A stretch of DNA of 64,000 nucleotides, from assembly GCA_049889515.1 (NCBI GenBank), contig JBMHDG010000062.1, positions 188,534 to 252,533 on the forward strand. The letters run 5' to 3'. Origin of the DNA: Myxococcota bacterium (GTDB lineage Bacteria > Myxococcota_A > UBA796 > GCA-2862545). Under the pieces are notes generated by a model. It was not told where the DNA came from, did no database searches, and saw only the letters and a list, made by a program, of their open reading frames with translations. Positions 30,330 to 38,714 of the stretch are shown piece by piece (position 1 is the first letter of the stretch; every line of letters begins with the position of its first letter). Position numbers and translations under genes: made by a program.

Positions 30330-31292
30330 TCAAGGTGCGGCGTCAAGGTTCTCCAGCCCCAACGTGGCTTCGCGCAGGCCGGGGCTGAGCTCAAGCGCGC
30401 GCTGGAAGGCGCGTCGCCCGTCAGCCGTGCGGCCCATCGCGACGTGACTCGTTCCGAGCCGTGCCCATGCCCATGCATGCCCGGGGAAGAGACCGACCGC
30501 GCGTTGGTGGCAAGTGGCGGCACCTTGCCAGTCTTCTTCAGCGACAAGCACATCGCCTAGGCCAGACCACGCAAACGCGTTGCAGCGGTCGAGGAGCAGT
30601 GCTGCCCGGTAGTGGCCCCATGCGTCATCCAGAGCGCGTTTCCGCAAGGCTTGTTCACCTAGATTGACTTGCTCCAAGGTGCTTTTGTACACGTCGGATC
30701 GGGGTGCGCAGGGGTCGGGTGGCGCGGTGGGAAGTGCGCGAACGGGGCGCCGTGCGGGGGCATGGTGCTCGGCTGCGTGACGGGTTGCAGAAGGTGTCTC
30801 CGCCTCGGCGTGTCGAAACACGAGGACATCACCGTCCACGATGAGCGGGACCCTCACAGCCTCGCCAGCGGCCGCCCATGTTGCACGGCCGGCTGGCCCT
30901 CCATCGCAACGGGTGAATGCTGGATACAGATCGTCTTTCCATGTGATGCACAGGTTCGGTGGGAGCGTGCAGCTTGCCTCAAAGCATGCGAGTGCACGGC
31001 GGTCGGCTGGGGTGAGGATCTGTCCGTGTACGGGAGAAGTCCCCAGCATCCTTCGGGCATCGGGAAGAAAGGCGGGGCCATCGTTGCAGGTGATGGTCCA
31101 GAGACCAGCGATGCTCATGCCGTCTTGTGTCGAGAGCAACTCAACGCCCGGGCCGGTGGTCTCTAGGCGTGACGGACAGTCCTCGACGTCGGCTGCAGCA
31201 CAGCAGGCCTCAAGACGGCTACCAGGTGCGCCGTGAGCAGATACAAGGCCAAGAAGGGCGATAACCAACATGGGGTGTGACTCCGTGGACAC
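30330..31292 (-). CDS. secreted Cys-rich / TPR protein
   Basis: Signal-peptide-like MLVIALLGLVSAHG, a Cys-containing N-domain, and C-terminal TPR repeats (AFAWSGLGDVLVAEEDWQGAATCHQRAVGLFPGHAWAWARLG). Confidence 0.55.
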   Translation of the reverse strand: MSTESHPMLVIALLGLVSAHGAPGSRLEACCAAADVEDCPSRLETTGPGVELLSTQDGMSIAGLWTITCNDGPAFLPDARRMLGTSPVHGQILTPADRRALACFEASCTLPPNLCITWKDDLYPAFTRCDGGPAGRATWAAAGEAVRVPLIVDGDVLVFRHAEAETPSATRHAAEHHAPARRPVRALPTAPPDPCAPRSDVYKSTLEQVNLGEQALRKRALDDAWGHYRAALLLDRCNAFAWSGLGDVLVAEEDWQGAATCHQRAVGLFPGHAWAWARLGTSHVAMGRTADGRRAFQRALELSPGLREATLGLENLDAAP

Positions 31293-31434
31293 GCGAGCAA
31301 CAATGGCGTGGCCGGGTTGACCGTAGGCCCACGTTACGCGCAGAACGCGGAGCCCGCAATTCTCTACTCCTGTTGACGGTTCTCCGTCGTCCTGACGATG
31401 ACGGGAAGGTTAGAGGGCTTGCGGAGAGTGGCGC

Positions 31435-31923
31435 ATGGTGCAGGGAATTGTCCTCGGTGGGTTTATGGGCACCGGGAAGTCCACGGTGGGGCGGGTGCTC
31501 GCCCAGCACACGGGGTGGCCCTGGGTCGACACCGATGAACGACTCGAAGCCACGTTCGGCCCATGTGGCGAGCAGTTTCAACACGTGGGAGAGACCGTGT
31601 TTCGCGACAGGGAGCATGAGGTGCTGCGTCAGGTGTTGGAGAGCTTGCCTGCGGTCATCTCCACGGGCGGGGGTGTTTGGCCTGCACCGCGCAATCGCCA
31701 CCTCATCGAACAGGCCCCGGTGTTTGGCGTGGTCCTGACTGCGAGCTGGGACGAGATCGTGAAACGGGTCGGTGGTGGTGCGAATCGACCCTTGTTCGAT
31801 CACAACGCCCAAGCCCTGCACCGACGTCGAGCCGCAAGCTACCGCCGTGCGGATTTGTGTGTCGATACCACTGACCGTTCACCAGAGGACGTGGCGCAGG
31901 AGATACTCCAATGTCTACCCTGA
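31435..31923 (+). CDS. aroK: shikimate kinase
   Basis: Walker A GFMGTGKSTVG and about 160 aa in length. GGAGAG upstream of the start. Overlaps the aroB start by 13 nt. Confidence 0.9.
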   Translation: MVQGIVLGGFMGTGKSTVGRVLAQHTGWPWVDTDERLEATFGPCGEQFQHVGETVFRDREHEVLRQVLESLPAVISTGGGVWPAPRNRHLIEQAPVFGVVLTASWDEIVKRVGGGANRPLFDHNAQALHRRRAASYRRADLCVDTTDRSPEDVAQEILQCLP

Positions 31924-32984
31924 CGATTGACTTGGGTGAGCGCTCCTACCCCATGCATGTGGTGGAAGGCGGATTTGATGGGCTTGCCGAGGCCTGGTTG
32001 GCGCGCGGACTCCCCCGTCGAGGCATCATCATCTCGGACGACAATGTGGCTCCGAGATGGGCCGACGATCTGGAGCGGGAGCTCGGATCGGGTGGCATTG
32101 AGACCACCCTCGTCGTGATGCCCCATGGCGAAGCGTCGAAGACAGTCGAGACTTGGCAGGGGATACTCCACGAGCTTCTGTCTGTCGGCATCGATCGTCA
32201 GACGCCGGTCGTCGCACTCGGTGGCGGAGTGGTGGGCGATGTAGCTGGCTTCGCAGCGGCGACCGCATTGCGCGGCGTGCCCTTCGTCCAGGTCCCTACG
32301 ACGGTCTTGGCGATGGTCGATAGCAGCGTCGGCGGCAAGACGGGCGTCAATGCTCCACACGGCAAGAACCTCATTGGTGCCTTTCATCAACCTTCGCTCG
32401 TCTGGGCCGGTATGGAAACGCTGTCCACGCTCGACGACCGGGAACGACGAGCGGGCTTTGGAGAGGTGGTCAAAGCGGCGCTTTTGGGTGCCTCGGATGT
32501 GGTGAGCATGCTCGATGGCACGGCAGACTGGCTCGCTCCTTCGGTGCTCAAGCGGGCGGTGTTGGCCAGTGCTGCGCTCAAGGCGGACGTTGTCGCCGAA
32601 GATGAAAGAGAGGCGGGTCGCAGGGTCGTGTTGAACCTCGGGCATACGGTTGCGCACGGTCTCGAAGTTGCGCTTGGCTACGGGACCCTGCGTCATGGGG
32701 AGGCGGTGGGCCTCGGGTTGCTCGCTGAGACACGTTGGGCCCAGCGTGAGGGTCTCTTGCGCGATGATGCGCTGGTGGAGCGTCTCTTCCGTTGGTTGCG
32801 TGACGTTGGTCTGCCAGTCACTCCCCCGAGCTTCGACCCTCGTGATGTCCTCTCGGCGATGAAGTTGGACAAAAAGGCAGCGCACGGACGTGTTACGGTG
32901 CCTTACGTAAGAGCACTCGGCGACGTGGGGTTTGCGGACCTTTCGACGTCCGAGCTTGAAGGTCTTATTGAAGGACTCACATGA
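31911..32984 (+). CDS. aroB: 3-dehydroquinate synthase
   Basis: Motifs ALGGGVVGDVAGFAAA, VPTTVLAMVDSSVGGKTGVN, GKNLIGAFHQP and LNLGHTVAHGLE. Confidence 0.93.
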   Translation: MSTLTIDLGERSYPMHVVEGGFDGLAEAWLARGLPRRGIIISDDNVAPRWADDLERELGSGGIETTLVVMPHGEASKTVETWQGILHELLSVGIDRQTPVVALGGGVVGDVAGFAAATALRGVPFVQVPTTVLAMVDSSVGGKTGVNAPHGKNLIGAFHQPSLVWAGMETLSTLDDRERRAGFGEVVKAALLGASDVVSMLDGTADWLAPSVLKRAVLASAALKADVVAEDEREAGRRVVLNLGHTVAHGLEVALGYGTLRHGEAVGLGLLAETRWAQREGLLRDDALVERLFRWLRDVGLPVTPPSFDPRDVLSAMKLDKKAAHGRVTVPYVRALGDVGFADLSTSELEGLIEGLT

Positions 32985-33496
32985 ACCGCCTGAATTCCAT
33001 CCTCTTCGTCGCGACACTGGCTGCTGCAGGCTGCGATGTCGACGTGGATGCTGAGGGTCGTGTCCGTATTCTGCCGCCAGATGACGTCGCGTTCGTGTGG
33101 GATGTGTCCATGAACGCTCAAGACGACGGTATGGGCGCGCTCGTACCGCTCGACGTGCTGGTCTATGACCGACACACAGGTGAGCCGATGCGAGACGTCG
33201 AGGTCGACGTCACGATCGAACACGGTGTTCTGCTTCCAGAAGACGGCCTAATGCCGTTCCGGGATGCATCGTGTGCGACATGTGTGTCGTTCTGGGACGC
33301 GCAGATGGACCGGTCGGTGCTGCTTGACGAGACCGATGGCGTGTCCTCGGGCGTGTTCCTCTCCGATGGAGATGGCATGGTGCGGCTCTATGCCGTGATG
33401 GATGAACTTCCGACGCGCGACGGTGAATTTGAGGTCTCCGCCGTTCAAATCCAGGCGGGTCGGGACGCCGTGATGGTTCTTCTGCAGGCGGACTGA
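32981..33496 (+). CDS. hypothetical lipoprotein
   Basis: Lipobox LAAAGC. 171 aa, strand-rich. ATGA overlap with the aroB stop at 32981-32984. Confidence 0.55.
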   Translation: MNRLNSILFVATLAAAGCDVDVDAEGRVRILPPDDVAFVWDVSMNAQDDGMGALVPLDVLVYDRHTGEPMRDVEVDVTIEHGVLLPEDGLMPFRDASCATCVSFWDAQMDRSVLLDETDGVSSGVFLSDGDGMVRLYAVMDELPTRDGEFEVSAVQIQAGRDAVMVLLQAD

Positions 33497-33499
33497 TCG

Positions 33500-34024
33500 A
33501 TGGCGTCTGTACGCCACGCGGCCGCTACACATGTCGTGACGATGGCGACCGGTCGGGTACGTTCGCTGTTGATGGATGGCGAGGTGGCCCAAGCCACCCG
33601 AGGCGTTCAACGCGTCGTCGCGGCGCATCCGAGCGCCGCATCCATGTGGTTGGTGTTCGCAGAAGCCGCGCTGGAGGCTGGACATCTTGAGGCTTCCATG
33701 AACGCCCTTCATCGATTGCCCGTGGGCTTTCGGACCGAGCGATTCGTTGAGGTGCTGGCGCGGATCCAAGACGCGATGGGGGAACCACGTGCTGCACATG
33801 CAACCAGGGCCGGGAGCCTCGCTACGGCGCCGGCTGTGGCACGGTCCAACGTGGGACCGCCACTGGAAACCGTCGAGAGTGCTCGACGGCTGGTCACGCA
33901 CGGCTTGCTACAGGATGCGCTACGGATGCTTCGTCGACTCGTGATGAGGCGGCCAGATGATGACGATGCGCAGCGTCTGCTTCTCCAACTGCGTTCGAAG
34001 TGTACCGAGGAGGGTACGGTATGA
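33500..34024 (+). CDS. hypothetical helical (TPR-like) protein
   Basis: 174-aa ORF starting 3 nt after the upstream stop. Its stop overlaps the aroQ start (ATGA 34021-34024). No family recognised. Confidence 0.5.
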   Translation: MASVRHAAATHVVTMATGRVRSLLMDGEVAQATRGVQRVVAAHPSAASMWLVFAEAALEAGHLEASMNALHRLPVGFRTERFVEVLARIQDAMGEPRAAHATRAGSLATAPAVARSNVGPPLETVESARRLVTHGLLQDALRMLRRLVMRRPDDDDAQRLLLQLRSKCTEEGTV

Positions 34025-34461
34025 AGCTCCTCATCCTCCAGGGTCCCAACCTCAATCTCCTTGGAACCCGTGAACCCGGCGTCTACGGTCGAAAGACTTT
34101 GGCCGAGATTCAGGCCGACCTCGATGCTGCAGCAGAGGTGCTCGACGTGTCGCTCGAGCATGTGCAGAGCAATCATGAAGGTGAGCTGGTCGATGCCGTG
34201 CAGCGTGCTGCAGAACAGGGTGTTCATGGCGCACTGGTCAACGCGGGCGCCTACACCCACACGTCGATTGCGTTGCGAGACGCGCTGGCGGGGACCTCGC
34301 TACCCTTCATCGAGGTACACCTCTCCAACGTGTATGCACGGGAACCGTTTCGGCATCGGTCACTCTTGAGCGACCTCGCGCTTGGCCTCATCGTGGGGCT
34401 TGGGCCACGGGGCTACACGTTTGCGCTGGAAGGCTTGGTACAGCGCCTGCGACAGGCGTAA
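34021..34461 (+). CDS. aroQ: type II 3-dehydroquinate dehydratase
   Basis: [23 protein letters not shown]...SNHEGELVD...[15 protein letters not shown]...IEVHLSNV, the canonical AroQ motifs. The internal ATG 34021 is preferred to the ORF track start 34000. Confidence 0.93.
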   Translation: MKLLILQGPNLNLLGTREPGVYGRKTLAEIQADLDAAAEVLDVSLEHVQSNHEGELVDAVQRAAEQGVHGALVNAGAYTHTSIALRDALAGTSLPFIEVHLSNVYAREPFRHRSLLSDLALGLIVGLGPRGYTFALEGLVQRLRQA

Positions 34462-34464
34462 CGA

Positions 34465-34537
34465 AGCGGGCGACGGGACTCGAACCCGCGACCCCGAGCT
34501 TGGGAAGCTCGTGCTCTACCAACTGAGCTACACCCGC
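34465..34537 (-). tRNA. tRNA-Gly (anticodon CCC)
   Basis: The reverse complement reads GCGGGTGTAGCTCAGTTGGTAGAGCACGAGCTTCCCAAGCTCGGGGTCGCGGGTTCGAGTCCCGTCGCCCGCT. The cloverleaf is intact, the anticodon loop is TTCCCAA, and the discriminator is U. Confidence 0.93.
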
Positions 34538-34597
34538 GATGTCAGTGATTCGTAACCCGAATCGGGGCGCGTGTAACGTACCCCGGGCGGTATGCAA

Positions 34598-35899
34598 TCA
34601 CTGGTTCCAGGTCGGCTGTGACCAGCCCCCTGTCGACGTGACGGCACGTTGATGTCGTCCGTTGGCCGTGGAGATCCAGAGCTTTCGGCCACCGTCTCTT
34701 GTCGACGAAAACAGCAGGTAGCGACCATTCGGTGACCACGTCGGGTCTTCATTGTCCCCTTGGTCTTGAGTCACCCGTTGGAGACCCGTGCCGTCAATGC
34801 CGATGGTGAGTATGTCGAAGTTGCCTTTTCGGCTGACGAACGCCACTCGGCTTCCGTCGGGATTGAAGACTGGGTCCGTGTAGAATCCCTGTGTTGTGGT
34901 CAGTCGGCGGGGCTCGCCACCACGTGTATCCACGAGATAAATCTGCGATCCTCCGGAACGCTCCGAGGCAAACACCAAGGTGTTGCCGTCGGGAGACCAG
35001 TCTGGCGAGACATCGATGCCACCGCCCGTGGTCACCCGGCGTATCTCACGGCCGGTTCGCGCATCGAGAATGTAGATATCGGACTGGCCGCCTTCGGATC
35101 GCGCGAGGGCGATACGCGTACCATCTGGCGACCAGGACGGACTGATGTTGACGCCACGTCGGGCCGATAGCGTCAATGTGCGGCCGCTCACCAGGTCTTT
35201 GACATAGACGTCGGGATTCCCTCGTCGGTAGCTGGTCCATGCGACCCGGCGTCCATCGAGAGACAGGTCTGGAGAGAGGTTGATGGACCCATTGCGTGTC
35301 ACTGAGCGCACGTTGGACCCATCGTGATCCATCGTGTACAGCTCTTTGTTGCCGGAGCGTGTCCCTACGGCCACGATTCTCCCCGTGAAGAACCCGGGGT
35401 CTCCGACGAGTGCCATCAAAATTGCAGAGGAAACCTTGTGCCCGACCGAACGAAGGTGTTCGGGTTCGGCCCGGAATCTGCGTCCCGCGATCTTTTGGTT
35501 TCCAGCCACATCATAGATGTAGACGTCGGCACAAAAGCGATCTCCACCCGGGTCACACGCTGGGTCACCTGGGGGGAGCAGGCGCATCTTGGCAAGGCCA
35601 GCTGCACCGACGAGGGTCCACGTCGACATGTCGAAGGAGCCGGGCTCAACACCCTCGGAGGTGTCGACTGCAGCTTCTGCAGGCAGGATGTTGAACCATC
35701 CGGTCATGTCGAGGTCTTTGTGAACCGTGTCAAAGAGCACACCGGGGTCGAGACGCCCGGGCCCACTCGGCGTCGCTACAGCCGGAAGTCCCAGCGTAAG
35801 CTCCTGGGCACCCTGCACCGAGACCGTGAAGCCCTGCGCATAGGCGTGGGGCAACCAGAGAACGCTCATCATGAGTACAGCGAAGCAGGTGCGGATCAT
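34598..35899 (-). CDS. tolB: Tol-Pal system beta-propeller protein TolB
   Basis: Signal peptide, TolB N-domain, and repeated WSPDG / SPDG propeller blades (SPSWSPDGTRIA, VSPDWSPDGNTLVF, PTWSPNGRYLLF). Confidence 0.9.
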   Translation of the reverse strand: MIRTCFAVLMMSVLWLPHAYAQGFTVSVQGAQELTLGLPAVATPSGPGRLDPGVLFDTVHKDLDMTGWFNILPAEAAVDTSEGVEPGSFDMSTWTLVGAAGLAKMRLLPPGDPACDPGGDRFCADVYIYDVAGNQKIAGRRFRAEPEHLRSVGHKVSSAILMALVGDPGFFTGRIVAVGTRSGNKELYTMDHDGSNVRSVTRNGSINLSPDLSLDGRRVAWTSYRRGNPDVYVKDLVSGRTLTLSARRGVNISPSWSPDGTRIALARSEGGQSDIYILDARTGREIRRVTTGGGIDVSPDWSPDGNTLVFASERSGGSQIYLVDTRGGEPRRLTTTQGFYTDPVFNPDGSRVAFVSRKGNFDILTIGIDGTGLQRVTQDQGDNEDPTWSPNGRYLLFSSTRDGGRKLWISTANGRHQRAVTSTGGWSQPTWNQ

Positions 35900-35902
35900 G
35901 GA

Positions 35903-36763
35903 TCAGTCCTCGAAGTGAATCTCATAGCCAGCGCTCATGCGCGCGCGGAACTTCTCTGGGGGGAGAGGGATTGTGGGGACCTTGGCGACGGCGGCGAGGG
36001 CCGCAGCGTCCCAAGATTCCGAACCGCTACGTGCCGAGAGTCGAGAGCCAGTGACGCGTCCATCGGCCGCGACCTGGATCAACACGACCGAGGCAAAGTT
36101 CTTTCCTCTGAGGGCGGGGAGGGGCAGGAACTGGTCGTTGAACAACTGTTGAAGCTTAAGGATATAAGCAGCGTATTCTGGGTCGCCCTGCACGGAACCT
36201 AGGCTCGCGTTTGCCGTGGCATTGGCTTGTCCATCGGGCGAGCTCGCATCTCTGTCGCGTGGCCCTTCATCAGCATCGAGGGAACTGAGGAGGTCCTCAC
36301 GGGCCAAGTCATCCAACAGTGCATCGAGTTTCGCGTCGGCAGCACCCGCGGCGGCTTGCTTGTCCTCCACCTGTTCGGCTTGAATCGGCTTGGCACGTTC
36401 CGAGGCGTAGCTCTTCTCGGCCGGTGGGGTGACCACGGCCTTTGCTGCGGGCTGCGGAGCCGTGTTGGTCTTGCTCTCGGACGGTGGCCTTGGCTTTCTC
36501 GTGGCGCGTTCGGGCAGTGCGGTCGGGCTCTTGGGGAGCGACACCAGACCAACCTCGATGGTGTCCTCGGGTCGAATGAGGGGTTGAGACTCTGACGCAC
36601 CGAGGCCTGGGAACCACACAAACAACAGCACGAGCCCGATGTGAGCTCCTGCCGAAACTGCAACCATGCGACCGAGGGGGTCACGTCGTGCGGACAGCAG
36701 TGATGTGGCGTGTGCGGACAAGGGCTGTCTCCTAGGGGGACGTCTCATCTTCAAGGGGCTCAA
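35903..36763 (-). CDS. TolA-like protein (TonB-family C-terminal domain)
   Basis: N-terminal TM (HIGLVLLFVWF), a Pro/Ala/Lys-rich linker, and a TonB/TolA-type C-terminal domain. Its position between tolR and tolB supports the call. The start is uncertain because it overlaps the tolR 3' end by 32 nt. Confidence 0.7.
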   Translation of the reverse strand: MSPLKMRRPPRRQPLSAHATSLLSARRDPLGRMVAVSAGAHIGLVLLFVWFPGLGASESQPLIRPEDTIEVGLVSLPKSPTALPERATRKPRPPSESKTNTAPQPAAKAVVTPPAEKSYASERAKPIQAEQVEDKQAAAGAADAKLDALLDDLAREDLLSSLDADEGPRDRDASSPDGQANATANASLGSVQGDPEYAAYILKLQQLFNDQFLPLPALRGKNFASVVLIQVAADGRVTGSRLSARSGSESWDAAALAAVAKVPTIPLPPEKFRARMSAGYEIHFED

Positions 36764-37166
36764 ACACGAGACCTACCTTGGGAATGCCCGAGCTGCGCGC
36801 AATACCCAACAGGCCGGCCACTTTTTCGTAGGGAACGGCCCCATCAGCCCTCACAAACACATCTTGGTCGGGGTTTGCGGCTCGAATCGCACGCAGCTTG
36901 GGTTCCAGCTCGTCGAGGGAGAACTGGTTGTCTTTGATGGAGACACTCAGGTCAGCGTGCAGCATCAACACGAGCTGCTGGTCCGTGGACTCGTCAAGTG
37001 GGGGGGCTTCGGCGTTGGGCAGGTCGACCTCTACGCCAATGTCTGGATTCATCATGGGTGCGGTGACCATGAAGATGATCAGCAGAACAAGCATGACATC
37101 CACCAGGGGCGTCACGTTGATCTCGGCCATTGCACGGCCGGAGCCGTTTCCGCTCGACATGCCCAT
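36732..37166 (-). CDS. tolR: ExbD/TolR-family protein
   Basis: AEINVTPLVDVMLVLLIIFMV motif and 144 aa in length. Located downstream of tolQ. Confidence 0.85.
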   Translation of the reverse strand: MGMSSGNGSGRAMAEINVTPLVDVMLVLLIIFMVTAPMMNPDIGVEVDLPNAEAPPLDESTDQQLVLMLHADLSVSIKDNQFSLDELEPKLRAIRAANPDQDVFVRADGAVPYEKVAGLLGIARSSGIPKVGLVFEPLEDETSP

Positions 37167-37182
37167 CGTGGTGCTCCGTCGC

Positions 37183-37881
37183 CTAGGACGCCCGTCGCTT
37201 GACGAGGTTCATGAAGTCCGAAGAGAAGTTGTCCATCTCGGTGGACAGCACATGCAACCGGGCATTGAAGTAGTTGAAGGCCCAGACAGCTGGGATCGCA
37301 GCGACGAGGCCGACAGCCGTGGCGACGAGGGAGTGTGCGATGTCAGGACCCACAACCTGGATCGTCGCCGCAGCGCCAGGCTGCCCGAGCTTCAGAAAGG
37401 CCTGAAGAATGCCCCACACAGTCCCAAACAGGCCGATGAAGGGTGCCGTGGACCCGGTGGTTGCAAGGAAGCTGATGTACGACTCCAACTCGGTGGTCTC
37501 GACTTGGCGTGCCTTGCGGAGTGTTCGGTCGAGGTTGGCCCCCGGATCTTGTCCGTGGCCCCCCGCCGAGAGACGAGCGAGTTCTTTGTACCCGGCCTTG
37601 AAGACGTTGTTGACGGGAGACTTGGTGAAGGTTCCGGTCTTTTCGTAGACGGCATCAAGCCGCTTACTCGCCCAGAATAGCTCGAGAAAGGACTGGGTCT
37701 GTTTCTCGGCAGCGGAGAGACGGGCCGCCTTCTGAAAGATGATGGCCCAGCATGCGATGGACATGAGCACGAGAATCAGCAGGTCTAGCTGCACGATAAT
37801 GTCGGCCTCTAGTATCATATCGAGGAGCGATGGCGCTCCGTGGTGTACATCAGCCTTGTACGCATCAATCGTGGGGTCCAC
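37183..37881 (-). CDS. tolQ: MotA/TolQ/ExbB proton-channel protein
   Basis: Three TM segments. C-terminal signature LATTGSTAPFIGLFGTVWGI...ATIQVVGPDIAHSLVATAVGL. Confidence 0.9.
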   Translation of the reverse strand: MDPTIDAYKADVHHGAPSLLDMILEADIIVQLDLLILVLMSIACWAIIFQKAARLSAAEKQTQSFLELFWASKRLDAVYEKTGTFTKSPVNNVFKAGYKELARLSAGGHGQDPGANLDRTLRKARQVETTELESYISFLATTGSTAPFIGLFGTVWGILQAFLKLGQPGAAATIQVVGPDIAHSLVATAVGLVAAIPAVWAFNYFNARLHVLSTEMDNFSSDFMNLVKRRAS

Positions 37882-37991
37882 GTACGCCTCACATGAGCCT
37901 GGGACGGGGCTGGCTCTACAAATCGGTAACGGGTCGCCATCGGTTGCGCCCGCAACGGGTAGCCGGGCCTCGATTGAGCTAGGAGAACCCT

Positions 37992-38714
37992 ATGGCAGTC
38001 TGGCAGGACATGGTGGATGAGGCAGTGGAGCGGGCCGACCGCGCGTCACTCGGATGGTTCTTGACGCGTGTAAGCATCGATCCGCCAACTGTTCGCCAGC
38101 AGTGGACACGTGAGGGACGTGCGCATCTCGTATCGGGTCTGTCCCCCCAGCCCTCTGTCCATGAAGTGGACAGTACGGCGCGTTGGGTCATCTCGCGCGC
38201 CGCACAGCGCGCCTCGACACTCGGCGGCGTTGCGGGACTTGGGGGGGTACTCTCGGTACCGCCGGAGGCGCTTGCCTTCCTTGTGACGCTGGTTCGACTC
38301 GCGCAACGCTTGGTCCTGGTGTACGGCATGGATCCCCAACGGGAGTCTGGCCGAATGCTCGTGTCGCGGGCACTTCACCGGGCCCTTGACGGCGCGTGGC
38401 CCCAACACGGCCTAGAGCAGGTGCGTATCTCCGAGTTGTTCACGACACTCGGCGCTGGCGAAGGCCGCGGAGCGCTGCCTCGCGTGTCACCGACGATCTG
38501 GCTTCGTCGCGTGGTCTCGACGGGTCTGCAGTGGTTGGGGAGCCGTACCACACGGATGTTGCCGGTGCTCGCAAGTGGCGTCAGTGTGGTGGACAACCAC
38601 CGTCGGGTGTCCGAGCTTGGGGAGACCATGCGCCGCGTCATTCGCCGTGAAGCCCATGCGGCACTCCCCGACGAGCCTGCGGTACAGGACGCCGTGATCG
38701 TCGAACGCCCATGA
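37992..38714 (+). CDS. EcsC-like protein (tentative)
   Basis: 240 aa. The central Gly-rich, hydrophobic segment RASTLGGVAGLGGVLSVPPEALAFLVTLVRLAQRLVLVYGMDP resembles the EcsC family core. AGGAG upstream of the start. The stop overlaps the next start (ATGA 38711-38714). Confidence 0.5.
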   Translation: MAVWQDMVDEAVERADRASLGWFLTRVSIDPPTVRQQWTREGRAHLVSGLSPQPSVHEVDSTARWVISRAAQRASTLGGVAGLGGVLSVPPEALAFLVTLVRLAQRLVLVYGMDPQRESGRMLVSRALHRALDGAWPQHGLEQVRISELFTTLGAGEGRGALPRVSPTIWLRRVVSTGLQWLGSRTTRMLPVLASGVSVVDNHRRVSELGETMRRVIRREAHAALPDEPAVQDAVIVERP

